NCBI GenBank assembly: GCA_963693365.1
Contig: CAVNZM010000008.1
Coordinates: 6,582,830 to 6,646,829, forward strand
Direction: 5' to 3'
DNA from: Amoebidium appalachense
Taxonomy: Eukaryota > Protista > Ichthyosporea
DNA length: 64,000 bases
Shown here piece after piece: positions 1 through 15,075 of this stretch (position 1 is the stretch's first letter; each line of letters opens with the position of its first letter). The notes under the pieces were generated by a model that was given only the letters and a program-made list of their open reading frames with translations, had not been told where the DNA came from and ran no database searches. The translations under genes and the position numbers were made by a program.

Positions 1-90
1 TGAATGCACGAGAGAAAGGGGGGTGGGGGGAGGGAGGGGAGAAAGGGAAGAAAGAAGGGAGGGAGGGGAGGAGAGTTGCATCATTCACAC

Positions 91-654
91 CTGTCAGTGC
101 TAAGGTGTGGGCCCACCCGCAGGCCACCATGGCAACGGGCATCTGATTGGTTGCGAAGAAATCCACGTGGGTGGGTGTGCACGTGTCCAGTGTGTGGCCC
201 AACCCCAACTGGCCTCTGTCGTTGAGCCCCATGCTGTAGAGCCCCCCAGAATCTGTGCCGTGGATATTGTAAGAAGAAAAATGTGGGTGAATGAATAAAT
301 GAATGAATGAATGAATGAATGAATGAATGAATGAATGAATGAATGAATGAATGAGCGAACATGAATAAATGGATAATAAAACAGGAAAATAACTTGGATG
401 AACAAAGAAATTAATAAACAAACCAACAAGCAAACAAATTAAACAAATAAACAGATAAACAAATGAACAGTTAAAAAAGCAAGTAAATAAATAACTTATA
501 ACTAGTTAGATTAATTGACATATAAAAATCGCAACATGGGGCATTTCTGTGAGCAGATAGGATCTAAGGTGCACACCGAAAAACGGTCTATTATGGGTAT
601 TTGGTCCCCAGGCTTCCCCCCGGGAGGGGGGGGGGGGGGGGGGGAGGGGAGGGG

Positions 655-690
<36 letters not shown>

Positions 691-864
691 TTCACGAATA
701 GGTATTATGCACACTTGCCATTTTCAGCGCTCTGTACATTCCATTACAGGATCCACAAAGGTGCTGAGAATGCTGAATTAAATCAAGAGCCAAAACCCCT
801 CACAAGCAGAACCCCCCCCCCCCCCCCCCCGCCTTCGCACACACAAAAAACGAAAGGGGGCGGG

Positions 865-905
<41 letters not shown>

Positions 906-1180
906 ACCCACATGTCACAATCATAGTGTGTCCCCCTCCCCCTGTCAGTTGCCGTATGGGACCATCAGACCCATTTTCGGGGGGTTCCAAATGGGAAATT
1001 TCAAAATTTACCGGGGTAGGCAGCAACTTGTCTTCTTTATCCCCAGTCCCTAACTGCCCATAACTATTCGGTCCCTGGGTGTGTGTGTGTGTGTGTGTGT
1101 GTGTTGGGGGGGGGAGGGGGGGAGGGAGGGATGAATGGGGGTGGGGGTTGGGTGGGTGGGTGGGGGTGTGGGTGTGGGGT

Positions 1181-1213
<33 letters not shown>

Positions 1214-1402
1214 ACATGTGCCGGTGCGCAGATCGTTTGTAGAGTGAGAAATTGTACATTTTTTATGTCCATAAGGACATTTGTATTTTATTTTTATTAT
1301 GTATAGCAGTAATTTTGGTACAGCAGTTTCCAGGCAAATACATGCACACGTACCCACGCAAGTGTCCGCACACCCATACACGAGCAAATGTTGAAGCACC
1401 CA

Positions 1403-1446
<44 letters not shown>

Positions 1447-1456
1447 CGCACACACG

Positions 1457-1517
<61 letters not shown>

Positions 1518-1957
1518 GCGCGCGCACACACACAAACAATACACACTCACTCACGAAACACACAAACCAAACACACACACACACACATACAATACACCCC
1601 CCCACACACAACACACCTGCATCATCACACACACACACACGAGCACACATGGTGAGCACACACAAGCACACTTGCAATCGTTGGCCGACCTGTAACTAAA
1701 TAATGTGGGGCGCCCGTATGAGCCTGGCAGCTTGCAGATAACGTTCTGGTGGACTTCCATGTTTCCAGGTCCAAAGTCCGCAGATGGGAGGGGAAGGCGG
1801 GGGGGGGGGGGGGGGGGGGGAGGGGGGGGGGAAGGAGGGAGAGGGGGAGGGGGGGGGGGAGAGAAAGAGGGAGAGAGAGAGAGAGGATAGGGGGGGGGGG
1901 GGGGGAGAACAAAGAGAGAAAAAGAGTGTGTGTGTGTGTGTGTGGAGAGAGAGAGAG

Positions 1958-2015
<58 letters not shown>

Positions 2016-2314
2016 CGTGTGTGCGTACGTGTGTGTATGTATGAGTGAGAATGTATGTGTGTGCTGACGCACGCGCGCGTATGTGAGTTTGTTTGTGTGT
2101 GACAGAGAGCAAGCGAGAAAGAGCGAGAGGGGAAGGGGGGATAAAACCGGGGGGGGGGGGGGGGGGGGAAGAGGGAGGGAAAGATAGAAAGAAAAATAGG
2201 TTGAAAGGGCGAAGTGAGGTCAAGAAAGACGAAGGGGCGGAAGGGAGGGGAGGGGGGGGGGGGGGGGGGGGTAGTCACCCAGGAAAACATAAGAACTCTT
2301 GGTGTCGCCATCAT
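91..2314 (-). CDS. SERGEF: SERGEF/DelGEF-like RCC1-repeat protein, 5' part (exons 2279-2314, 912-1074, 91-252; continues beyond window start)
   Basis: Three GT..AG exons with consistent phases splice to [12 protein letters not shown]|[22 protein letters not shown]...[15 protein letters not shown]|[23 protein letters not shown]...[15 protein letters not shown]. These are two RCC1 repeats resembling the animal SERGEF N-terminus (WGANSYGQLG...TGGGGH...VACGW). Confidence 0.8.
288..353. repeat. (TGAA)n microsatellite, one of very many simple repeats such as (TCAC)n 12536-12612, (GTGTGC)n 51177-51295 and (GT)n 55075-55250
   Basis: Directly visible in the sequence. Confidence 0.95.
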
Positions 2315-3794
2315 GCTCTCTTAGGCCCAAGGAAGGAGGAAAACGGGGGGGGGGGGGGGGGGGGGGGGGGGGGATAGGGGTGTTGAGAGTACGCTACACA
2401 GCTATTGTGTGTGTACGCGCCATGCGACGCACATCACGCGAGAAACATCGCCGAATGTTTTGTAGAACAAACTTGGCACAAACTTGTCTGCGGGGATCGT
2501 CACTGGTCACCGCAGGCTCACTGCCCGATTACAGGCTTCTTCCGGATTGGTCTGTGGGGTTGCGCGGGAACGGGCCCTAAAAACATTAAATAATAATAAA
2601 AAAACAAAAAACATTTGTTTTGATTATTGGAAAGTCAATCGCAATCGGACATTTCAAGGTCTCAAGGTTCAGACGCGCGCGCGTTGTCGACTGTTCGATT
2701 TCCCTGAAACTAGATGTATCATACAGAGAAGAAGACCCACAATAATCCACCTATCATAGAAAAAAGAGATAAAGAGAGATCAATTCAAAATACTCCAAAA
2801 ATGATGTACGCCCTCGGGCATACGTGACGATTCATATTGTTGCAAAATATTAGCGAACGATCTTAATAGCGATCGCTTTCCGATCGATCGTTATAACTGT
2901 CTGCGATTTATCAAAACAGCAAATGAATGTTGCACCTTCATTTTTTAGAGCCCTGAAAAGTTGCGCTTTGATCAAGGCCTCCCGCTAGATCCTAAGAAGG
3001 CCTTGGCTTTGATTCAGCCAGCCTGCAGTTTACGTATCATAGGGAGGTAGGGACGTGACATTCCCACATCCTCTCTTGGTACTTTTTTTTTGGGGGGGGG
3101 GTGCTTGGTAACTTGTTTTAGAAGCGGAAAAGGTAGGTGTGGTGTTCATGTGCCGCCATTCACACGTAGTTTTTTACCATGTGACAGCAAATGTTTGTGT
3201 GCTCAATTCTTGCCGGATGGTATCGCTGGTGAGCTGTTGCGATTGTGTGTTCGTGTGTGCTCGTGCGTGCGCACGTCTGGGGTTGTGCTTGTGCATCTGT
3301 GTGCAAATCCATTTGTAAGGCGCGCGCGTGTGTAGTAGTAGTAGTAGACATGTGCATGTGCTTGGGTTCCTGTGTGTTTATGTCCCTTTTCTCGCCTTTG
3401 TGCTCAGATCTTGCAGCTCGCCTACTTTCTGGTCTCATGACCTCCGTAGCCATATTATTTCCGTGTTCATGCGTCAACGTTTAGCCATAAAGAAGTAACA
3501 AGAACTTTCTATTGTGCAAAACGGAAGAGTTTAGCAGCACCGGAATAGCTGCATTATCTACCCAATGAACGGGCTTAATCTCAGCACAATCTTTGCACCA
3601 ACAACGTCAGACAGACATGATGACCCTGGATCTAGTCCGAATGCCTCACGGTAGATACAAATCGCAACAGAACAAGGTCTTCATCAAATTCTTTATATTA
3701 ATATAGCTGCGCCATGTGCAATTAGCTATGGAAGGTGCTTTAGTTGTGTTGTTCACTTTTTTTTTGCACTCGTTCACATTTTTCGCGCTCTGAC

Positions 3795-4109
3795 ATGATG
3801 TGCTGCTGCAGCCGCAACATGGCTGAGGAGAAGAAAGGGCCTGCTGCCTCCGCAGCAAAGGCCACAGGTACCCCCCCTATCCCCCCCCCCGCGCCCCCCT
3901 TCTTCCCCCCCCTACCCCCCCCCCCTCCCCCTGGCCCAACATCACCCCTTGGACCCGAGCTTTTTGCTTTGACCGCCTTCCCCTCTCCCCTTCCCCTCCC
4001 CCTCCCCCTCTCCCTCCCCTCTCCCCACAGCCCCGCACCGTCTCTTTCAATAAACGAAGTCAAATACACACACACACACAGGCACACACACACAATCACA
4101 CACCGTGCA

Positions 4110-4183
<74 letters not shown>

Positions 4184-6057
4184 ATATGCACTTTTATGCA
4201 TGGATGCACGCGCACACACACATACACACAAGAGCAAACACACACACGCAGACTCACAGACATACACACATGCATACCCGTCGCACGAACATACACACAT
4301 GTACCCATACATTCACACGCACGTACACACACACATACACTCAAAATTTGCCCTCAGGGCCTCTTGAAAGTTTAAGTCACTGATCAAACAGGCAAGCAAA
4401 CAATGTTCATCCATCACTTTGCTCTTGTGTAGCTCTACGGAATCTTTTTGTCCGTCCTATATTGCCTTTACTTTCCCGCATACACATTCCGACGCAACAC
4501 TCTCACACACCCATATACTCAAAGAAGTGCTGTCACAGCATGCATCCCACCCTTTTTCGTTGCCTGAGTACTTCCCTATAAAGAACCTGCTTTATGAAAG
4601 CTCGCTCTGACCCCCCTTCCCCCCCCTCGTTTCAATAGCCACCATTGTCGACTCAATAAAGAATTCATGGGGGTTTCTTTTAAACTTCCGGGTCAGGTCA
4701 GACCAAAAAGGCACTTACTCTTTATTATTGGCACCTGACCAAAAAGGGCCCACAGGTCGGCCTAAAAGAAACCTTCTTTGATCATAACAATTGATCTCTC
4801 ACGAGCTCTCACTAATCCTTTCTCCCCTTCCTCGTCTCCATAGCCACAGCCCCTGCATCGCTGTCATGGGGTCTAGGGCTGTGGGCGGACACTGTGCTCT
4901 GTTTTCTGTTCTACTGCGTGCTGGCCGAGCTACCAAACAGAATATTCTTTCCTGCACTGGTGGAGATGGGGTTTTCAGGCCTGGAGGTATGCTGGAGTTT
5001 TGTGTGGGCGGATTTGGGGTTTTTTTACTACTATTCTGATTCCTTCCGCCTTTTTTTTTTTTTTTTTTTTTTTTTGTTGTTTCTTCGTCTTTTCACCTAC
5101 CTTTTTCTGATCCATTTCTCCTCTTTTCTGTCTGCCCCCCCGCCTTCCTTATTTCTTTCTTTTTTTCTCTCTCTCTTTTTTTTTTTTGGGGGGGGGGGGG
5201 GGGGGAGGTGGTGGTGGAGGGGGAATAGGGAGGGTTGTTTTTAATTTGGTGTGTTGGTGTGTATGTGTGAAGGGGCAGAGCAATCAAATCGTCCAAGGAT
5301 TTCCAAGGGCTGGGTTTGGTATAGAAATCATCCCCCCCCCCTCCCCACCCCCCCCCCCCCCCCCCTTTTTTTTTTTTTTGCTCATTTGAACTTCTTCTTT
5401 TTTTTTTCCTTTTTCAGGGGGAGGGGGGGGGGGGGGTTGTTGTTGTTGTTTTGTTTCCACACCAGCACGGGGGGGGGAGAGAGGAGGGAGGAAAGGGGGG
5501 GGGGGGGGGGGGGATAGAGAGAGACGGGAGAGGGGTGGGGGGGGCGGGGGCAGGGGGGAGTAGAGAGACTGGTGAGGAGGGGGAAGGAGGTGGCGGGAGG
5601 GTTGAGTTGGATTTTGTGAGAGTTACATGGGAACAGATGGATCGAGGCTGATTGACACAGCAAGGGCAAAGCGATGGGACGGGGAGGGGGGGGAGGGGAG
5701 GGAGGCGAAGGGGGGAGGGGGGGGGGGGGGAGAAGGAAGGGGGGATTAGAAACGGTCTTACCATTTTTATTGCACGGTTCTACATGAATTCGAAGCATCA
5801 AACTAAAAATAGTCTTAGTTGGCCAACGATCAACTGCTAACCCGACGCAATCCACAGGTGCTGTTGGGTGTGCATCTGTTCTGTATTCTGATTGGTGTAA
5901 ACTTCTTGTGGCGCCAGATGGCAGCTCGCAATTGGTTCTTTCTGCTGGTAACAATTCCCACCCCCGCCTCCTTTCTCCGCCGTTGAAGAAACGAAGAGGA
6001 AGTTGGGCTAGCACACCTTGCACATGTATACACACGCATGCAGACAACACCCCCCGC

Positions 6058-6126
<69 letters not shown>

Positions 6127-6306
6127 CTCTGCTTTCCCCTTCTTCGATGAACCTCAATCTTGATATTTTATTATTCCTGGAAGAGCGTTGGCTCTTTTTC
6201 TCACTAATTTTGGTTGTTGTTGTTTGTTGGTGTTTGTGGTTGTGGTGACTGTAGTTGGTGTATGTTAAGTGAGCGGTGGATGGGCGGGCGCATGGCTGCA
6301 CGGGGG

Positions 6307-6356
<50 letters not shown>

Positions 6357-6553
6357 GGGGGGGGACACCCTACATTATTTTTTGTGTGTTTCGGGAGGGA
6401 GGACGGGGTGGGGGGTATCCTATTTTTTTTCTTTTGGGGGGGGGGGAGGGGGGGGGGGGAGAGAGGGGGAGCGGAGGGGGGGGGGGGGGGGGGGGGGTGA
6501 GGGTTGATGATATCCAACAAATTTTCTTTTCTTTTCTGTTTTTTTTTTTTTTT

Positions 6554-6584
<31 letters not shown>

Positions 6585-7565
6585 GGGAAGGTTAAAATCA
6601 TACTGTTTTCATTAAAAAGGAAAAAAAGAAAGAAAAACCGATCACCGGCAACCACTGACATTATTCAAGAGAAGGCATACTACTAAGGGAAGCATAGACA
6701 TGGCTTCAGGAATAAACAAAAAGGCTGAACCAAATAACTATTAGTTAGCTTGCTATGCAACTCCTCGCAATATATATTGAACGAAGATTTGAATAGAAGA
6801 AAACATAAATTAACCCGTTCTATGCCACACCAGCTGTCGCTGCCTGCCTTCTACTTCTACGGCACAATAGAGAACCACTACGAGAGGTCAATCTACATCG
6901 GTGTGGCCGTGGTCCTGCTGTCCTTTGCTGGTGCGTGCCTATTTCTCTCTCTTTCTCTCTCTCTTTTTTCCCTTTTTTTTTTATACGTGGGGGGGGCAGG
7001 GGGTAGGGGGGGGGATGGGAGAGGAGGGGGGGACGGGGGGGGGGGGGGGCGGGTCCGCCCAGATGTAGTGTTACACTTCATGTTGTGATGGGTGGAAAAA
7101 GGGGGGAGGCGGGGGAGGGGCTATTGTTTCATGACTAATGGCACATGCAGACGCTCCCCTGGTATAATGATCCGGGCCTGGGGTGGGTGGGTGGGTGGGC
7201 GTGTAGGGGGCGGGGGGGGGGGGGGGGGAGGAAGGGGAGGGGGGCTAGGAGCTAAAGCCATGCAATCTTCCGAGGTTGAAAAATAGGGTAGTTCTGCACT
7301 ATTCTTCTTTTTTGTGGAGATTGTTCTGCCTGCAAAGAAATTATCCCCTTGTGGTCAAATTGAATGTAGATTTGGGGTGCCATGTTGACATTAGGTTTCA
7401 AAGCGCTGACTGAGACTATATTGCATGCACCTCTTCCTCCACCCCTCCCCTCGTCCAAGACACACGAGTGCGCGTGTGCGCAATCGCCACACACACACAC
7501 ACGTTTCAATCCACGGCCCACCCGCCCATCCATCTAACCGCCCACACATGCACCCACGCACCCCC

Positions 7566-7604
<39 letters not shown>

Positions 7605-7786
7605 ACACCCACGCACCCACGCACCCACCCCCGCCCCACTCCCTCCACATCCTCACCCCCTCCCCCCCACTCCCCCAACCCTCTCCCCTCCCACTCACCC
7701 ACCCATCCGCTCCCCCCCACACACCCACTCCCACCCCCCTCCCCCATCTCCTTTCCTCCCCCCCCCCCCCCCCCCCCCCCCCCAAC

Positions 7787-7831
<45 letters not shown>

Positions 7832-8035
7832 GCACCGCTATTCTCCAGCAATGAGCGTGCGCAGCGCATGCTCTGGGGCCACAACCTGTCGTTCCTCTTC
7901 CTCGTGTGCCTGCGCTATGCCTTCAAGTCCGCACTCCCGGTGTGGTCCTTCCACAAGAATTCCGTTCCTGACTGGGCCGGTCTTCCTGATTGGTCGTTCC
8001 AGATCCCGGAATGCGACAAGTAAGATAGCCTACCC

Positions 8036-8066
<31 letters not shown>

Positions 8067-8277
8067 ACACACTTCCCCCGACATCCCACCTCTCCCACTC
8101 TCCTTCTCCCCCTGCTTCTGATCCCCCACTTCTCCCAATCTTTTTTTCTGTTCTTTAATGTTTGGGGTTACCTTAACGGTTTTTTCTGAGTTACCAATAT
8201 CTGTCGTGAACTGTGGTTCACCGTGCTTTCTTCTTCCTTACAACCTCTAATGCATACATACCTCCCCACACACACAT

Positions 8278-8370
<93 letters not shown>

Positions 8371-9518
8371 TACCCCCCCCCCCCCCCTCCCTTCCCCAAA
8401 CCTCATGCACACATCCCCCCCCCCCCCCCCCCCCCCACCCACCCCCACCACCACCCCCTTTTCCCCCTTTCAACCCACTTTTGTGTTATCCCGCCTCTTC
8501 CGCCGTCTTCCTTGCAGGTGGGCAGCAGTAGCTGGTCTTCTTGCAGCTGCAATTTTGGCCATTGAGCCCCAGGTGCCCATGGACCCCTCTACTAAACAGG
8601 CCACCCTGTCGTGGGTGCTGCCTGCATCGGCCCACGGCTGCCTGCAGTTTCTGTGCTTCTGGCTCTACTCCCAGGCAAGGTATGTTAATTCTTATTGGAC
8701 CCCCACTTTCCATGTAATTCTCCTGGGTGTTTTATCTTTGTGTCTATGTGTTATACTATGTGGTTTCCGGGGGAACCACACCAAAGAAAATAATGCGCAC
8801 GACCCAATCCCCCCCCCCCCCTCCCCCCCCCCCCCGCTTTACTTCCATGCAACCGGGCATGGTTGCTCTGTGTCGTGCATCTGTAAACACATACGCATTT
8901 TCCGCTGCACTGCATTAGTTTGCACACACATATTCACCGTTTTGCTCACCTTGCTTGCATAAGCAACCCTGCTCGTCTTTGATCAAGACGGGTTGACCCT
9001 CCCAAGTTCAGTTGATGCTGCTGTCTGAGTTGGAGAGTCGTATATACGCGGGCTAAGGGGTCGAAACTCAGACGCAATTGATGACTTGGGCCCTCCCTGA
9101 GGATGGGCTCTGCTTATGACGCATACTGTGCGCATGGCTGATGTTGCATACTTGAATGTTTGCCTTTGCATGTGTCCTTCGTGTATGCGTACTTCGTACC
9201 TGTTCCGCATCTAAACCCCCCCCCCCCCCTTTCGTTTCCCTTTTTTTTTATTTTTTATTTTTTTTTAAGTACTTATCTTTCTACTCCCTTAAACCTCTAT
9301 TCCCTACGTTCCTGTTCCCTTCCCCCCCCTCCGGCCCCCCGGCCCCGCAAATGCACACATACACACACACAGAAACAAAAGAAGGAAAAAAGCATTTCCC
9401 CTCCTCCCCTCCTCCCCTCCTCCCTTCCCCTCTGTGTGGAAGAGGAAAGAAACTGGACGCCCGCTGCCAGACGTAAAGATGCACACAGACACACTTAAAC
9501 ACACACACGGACTGATGC

Positions 9519-9552
<34 letters not shown>

Positions 9553-9609
9553 ACCCACCCACCCCCCCCCCCCCCCCCCCCACCACCACCACCACCACCC
9601 TGCCCCCCA

Positions 9610-9649
<40 letters not shown>

Positions 9650-9737
9650 CACACTCACTCAAAATCGTGCGCGCACACGTCAGCTCAACCTCACACACAC
9701 ACACACACACACACACAGGCACACACACACAGAGACA

Positions 9738-9781
<44 letters not shown>

Positions 9782-9891
9782 GTCGTACCTCGCTGGGTGG
9801 GTGCAGATCCCCTGCAGTGGGCCCCAGCCGTCATTCTTGCCCTCTTTGCCGGTTATTTCCTCACCACCCGCTCAAGGGTAGGTCCCCCCCT

Positions 9892-9923
<32 letters not shown>

Positions 9924-10766
9924 ATGTTACATACTTGAATGTTTGCTTTTGCAAGTGTCCTGCACCATGCTTCTCATCGTGTGTGCGTACTTCGTACCGT
10001 GCTCCACATTCAACCCCCCCCCCCACACACATACACACATACATACCAGTAAATGCCCGTCCCTCCCCCCCCCCCCCCCCCCCCCCCCGCCGGGAGAAAA
10101 TGGCCCGCTCATGTTGGTACGCTTTGTACGTATTTTGCATTATGACTGGTGTTGTCTGTCGTAAACTTGTTCTTCGTATTCTGTGACTAATTCTAAAACA
10201 TCCCTTCCCCCCTCTTCCTTCTCGCATCTTCCAGACACACACACGTACACCCCCCCATCCCCCCCACCCCCCACCCACACACACACACATACAGGCACAA
10301 TCCATGCTCTTCTCCTTCCTAGGTGTTGCTGGGTCCTACATGCTCTTCTATGAGGCCCCCCTTCCAGCCATGGTTGGTGGCCTGATGCTGGCTGTGTTCT
10401 GTGCTTCATCATGGGCTGTCACTGTTTCTTCACTGAGCCTGCACAAAGGTGTGTGTGGGGGGGGTGGGGGGGGGTAAAGGGGGAGGATAAAGAACTGAGG
10501 CCGTCAGTTTGTATATGGTGGGCAGGTTGACGGGCGGTTGGGCGGGCAGGAGGGAGGGGGGAAGGGGGGCAGGGGGGGGAGAGGGAGGGTAGCAGGTGTT
10601 TATGCATGTGGTGGTGTGATGTCTGGGCTGCAACAGGACCACTATAGCCACACCCTTTTAAACTCTTTCTCCCTCACGAGTGCTGTTTGGAGTGGGGTTG
10701 GGGTGGTGGGATGGATGGGTGTGTGTGTGAGTGTATTTAGAGATGTGTGTGTGGGCATGTGGGTGG

Positions 10767-10836
<70 letters not shown>

Positions 10837-11057
10837 CCGTGTGTGCGTGCGTGTGTGTTGGTGGATCGTCTTTTAAGGTATATGTGTTCTTGTAGGGAGG
10901 AGAGGGGAAGAGGGTGGCTGGAGAGGGGGGGGGGGGGGGGGGAGGAGAACAAAGTAATTGGTGTCACCAGCTAACAACATCTGCAGAGACCAAGGGCCGT
11001 GCCATGATGCTGTCGCAGTTTATTTTCTTTTTTGGAGAGTTTATCACGGTATGTGAT

Positions 11058-11091
<34 letters not shown>

Positions 11092-11416
11092 ATTCGCGAC
11101 ACACATACACACGCACACACACACACAAACACAAACAAACACACACACACACACACCTCCGCACACGCACACGCACACACACACAACACACACACACACA
11201 CACACACGCACACACATTCACTCACTCACAAACACAACACCCAAGTACCACCCACCCACCCACCCGCCCATCCATCCATCCACCCACCCACCCACCCATC
11301 CAACTGTATATTTGCCTTCATGCTCGTCTTCAACTGAGATTGGTGTTGACTCTCCTGTTGCTGTTGAAGCAAAGCATGGGTTGTTTGGATACCACACCCA
11401 GTAGTTCAAAAGATTC

Positions 11417-11462
<46 letters not shown>

Positions 11463-11753
11463 CCTTGCAGCATATGAACCCTCCCCTGATGGTAGGTTGA
11501 GACTAGGGTGCTGTGAATGACTTCGGCCCTTGCTCTGCTTAATGTACATACCCTGTGTGTCCGTTATGGGCTATGTTCTTTATGTGTTATGTCCGTTATG
11601 TGTTATGTCCGTAATGTGTTGTCCGTAATGTGTTATGTCCGTAATGTGTTGTCCGTAATGTGTTGTCCGTTATGTGTTATTGTGTTGTCCGTTATGAATG
11701 TGTGGATCGTACGCTGTAACACATTTTACTTGCCCCCCCCCTCCCCCCCCCTT

Positions 11754-11785
<32 letters not shown>

Positions 11786-12123
11786 TTCCCCTGCCCTCTC
11801 CTGACTCAAAAACACATTCTAACCCCCTCCCCCCCCTTCTCCCCCTAGGTGTGGAACATAGCGTACATGTTTCTTGACATAGGGGATGCATTTCGTGAGG
11901 CACCCCACTATCCTCTCTTCTTCTGTGTGGCCGTTATCGCCCTTAACAATATTGTACAGGGTAATAACCCCCCTCTCCCCCCCTCCCCTGTACTTCGGAC
12001 TTTAAAAAGCATTCAAACCCCCCTCCCCCCCCCTCCCCCCTCCCCCCCCCCCTTCTCCACCCCCCCCCCCCCCCATCTACTCTCGAGGGGTGGCACCACT
12101 TATCTTGCATACCCTGCTTGTGT

Positions 12124-12154
<31 letters not shown>

Positions 12155-12322
12155 CCCCCCCCCCCCCCCCCCACCACCACCACCACCACCGCCACACACA
12201 CAAAAAAAAAGGAAAAGAAAAAAAAAGTGGAAGGAACACACACCGTTTCCCGCCCCAAACTACCCATCCACTTCCCTTTCCCCTTACACTCTCCTCCTCC
12301 ATTCCCCCGTTTTTCTCCTTCC

Positions 12323-12385
<63 letters not shown>

Positions 12386-12610
12386 TTACATCTAGCTGTT
12401 TCACATATGGGCATTGGCTTCTCTGTTTTGCATTTTTAGCCTTACATTTCTTTCCCCTTCTAACAATCCCTCCCCCCCACACACACACACACAAACATGC
12501 ACACGCGCGCACGTTTACACACACATGCACACACGCTCACTCACTCACTCACTCAATCACTCACTCAATCAATCACTCACTCACTCACTCACTCACTCAC
12601 TCACTCACTC

Positions 12611-12693
<83 letters not shown>

Positions 12694-13495
12694 GCAGGTA
12701 CACCCTTCGTGTCCACCCCCACACCCTACAAAGCTCTGTTTGTGATGCTGCTGCTTGTGTTTGGGCCCTCCCTCTACGTCAGACACACATATGCTGTCAC
12801 CCACCCACACAAGGTCGAACACAAGGACAACGAGGTAATTTTACATTTCATTGTATGCTCAGAGTTTTTTGGTGGTGGGTGGGGTGGGTGGGAAAGAGGG
12901 TGGGTGAGTGCGTTGGTGGAGTTGGGGGTGTGTGGGTGTAGGGGGAGGGGTTTGCTTGGGGAGGGTGGGTGGGTGGGTGTGGGTGGGTGATGTTTGGGGG
13001 TGTGTGTGAATTGGGAAGGGAGGGTAGGGGCCCGAAGGGGATGGGGAGGGACGAGTTAGAGTTTGGCTGGGATGATATCTACTCGAGTGTGCAGGTGGGT
13101 GTGGGAGACAGACATGGGTTGGGATGGAATCGGGTTGAGTCAAACAGAAGGCGGTGGATGGTTGTGGGAACTAAACGGGGAAGGAGTGGGGATGGGGCGG
13201 GGAGGGGGGGGGGGGGGGTTGATACGATAGAGGTGTTGTGAACATAACGCAAAACAAATCCTGGAAATAAATGGGTGGATGGATGTCGACAGTCCGTGCA
13301 AGAAGACAGACCAGACCAAAAATGGGCTTTGTATTGAAAAATAGGAACTGCGACACATCACTTACTGACTGTTGAATAAAATCCCCAGGTTAAGGTGATG
13401 ATCTGGAATGTGCACACGGGATATGCAGACAACGGATACGACAACTATCTGCTGGGCACAAGGTTTATCCAGGATATGAAGGTGCGTGGGTGGGT

Positions 13496-13526
<31 letters not shown>

Positions 13527-14056
13527 GGAGGGGGAGGGGGGGGGGGGGGGGGGGGGGGGATGGGGGGGACATAAATGTTCGGCAGCTTTGATCGCCACCC
13601 AGGTCTCGCATGTATTCCATGTCTGGTAATTCATCTATGCCGATGAAATCTGATCAATCATAAGTCTATCCCGGATTTCGTACATATATGCCTGACACGA
13701 GTGTAATATTAGTTTGATTGTGGATCCATATGAAATGTTTACAGATAGTTTTTTGGCCACGCTCAGTCGAATTGAATTTGATAAAAACACTGGGTTTTGC
13801 CTTGAAACTCGCATGCAAGCAAGCATGGCACTTTGTGGTTTTGGCGGTCTTTTTTAAGGGGTAAGACCAGATTTACGAGGTCCTATGTGAGTCTTTTGTT
13901 CTTTACATGAGTGGGTCCTATGTGGTTTTCGTCATAAGGACGGGTGGGCCCTTTGAAAACTTTTGTCATGTGAAAGTGGGGGTGAGCCCTGCACAGCCTT
14001 CTGCCATATGTAAACTGGGTCTCGTATCTTCACACACATGGACACACTTGCACACA

Positions 14057-14145
<89 letters not shown>

Positions 14146-14571
14146 ACGCACAAACACACACGCACAAACTCCCTCTCTCTTCCTCTCCCATCCCCTCTTC
14201 TTCTACCTCTCTCTCTCTTTCTCTCCCTCCCCTCCCCCTCCCCCCCCTCCCTCCCCCGGCCCCCCCCTCTCCCTCTCTCCCTCAAATATACATACGTACA
14301 CACGTACACGTACAGGCTGGGGTAGTAGCCATTCTCGAGAACGACCAAGCGCGGCTGTGCACAGGCAACAGGGACCAGATCGAGTTCTTTGGGGCCTCCC
14401 TTGGGTTCCCCTACCACAGCTATGGTGTGCAGACACGTGAGAGCACGTGGGGGTGTGCCTTTATCTCACTGTACCCGATAAAGGTGAGTACGAAGGGGGG
14501 GGGAGGGGGGGGGGGGGCCGGGGGCGGGGGGGGGGGGGGGGGGAGGTAGGCGGCAGGGATGGGGGCCGGAT

Positions 14572-14638
<67 letters not shown>

Positions 14639-15014
14639 TGTGTCGGGGAGTTGTGGAGGGCGGGAGGGGGGCAGGGAGGGGGGGGGGGGGGGATTTGAGA
14701 GGTTGGGGGGGAGGGGGTGGGAACGGAGGAAGGGAGAGGGGGGGGGGGGGGGAGGGGGGAGACTGAGGGACGCTGTTTCGTAATGGAAAGATCCTTTTTT
14801 CTCGGAGATGAAACCCATGGGGGGTAAGTGGTGGGGGGAGAGTTTGGACGCGCATAGGCAATATGTTCTTTGCTATATTTTAACTATCTGTACTCATGTG
14901 CTCCCTCGTGTCAACTATGTATCTACTTGCTCTGGGAACATTACATGCACATGCATACACGCGCTGCATGTATACACATCAAGCGCACAGACACACATAG
15001 CAAACACACACACA

Positions 15015-15075
<61 letters not shown>

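Noticed and set aside
1690-1785. Coding exon of SERGEF needing non-canonical splice sites
   Set aside because: Exon 2279-2314 joins 1074 canonically and gives the expected FSW|GPNSYGQLG.
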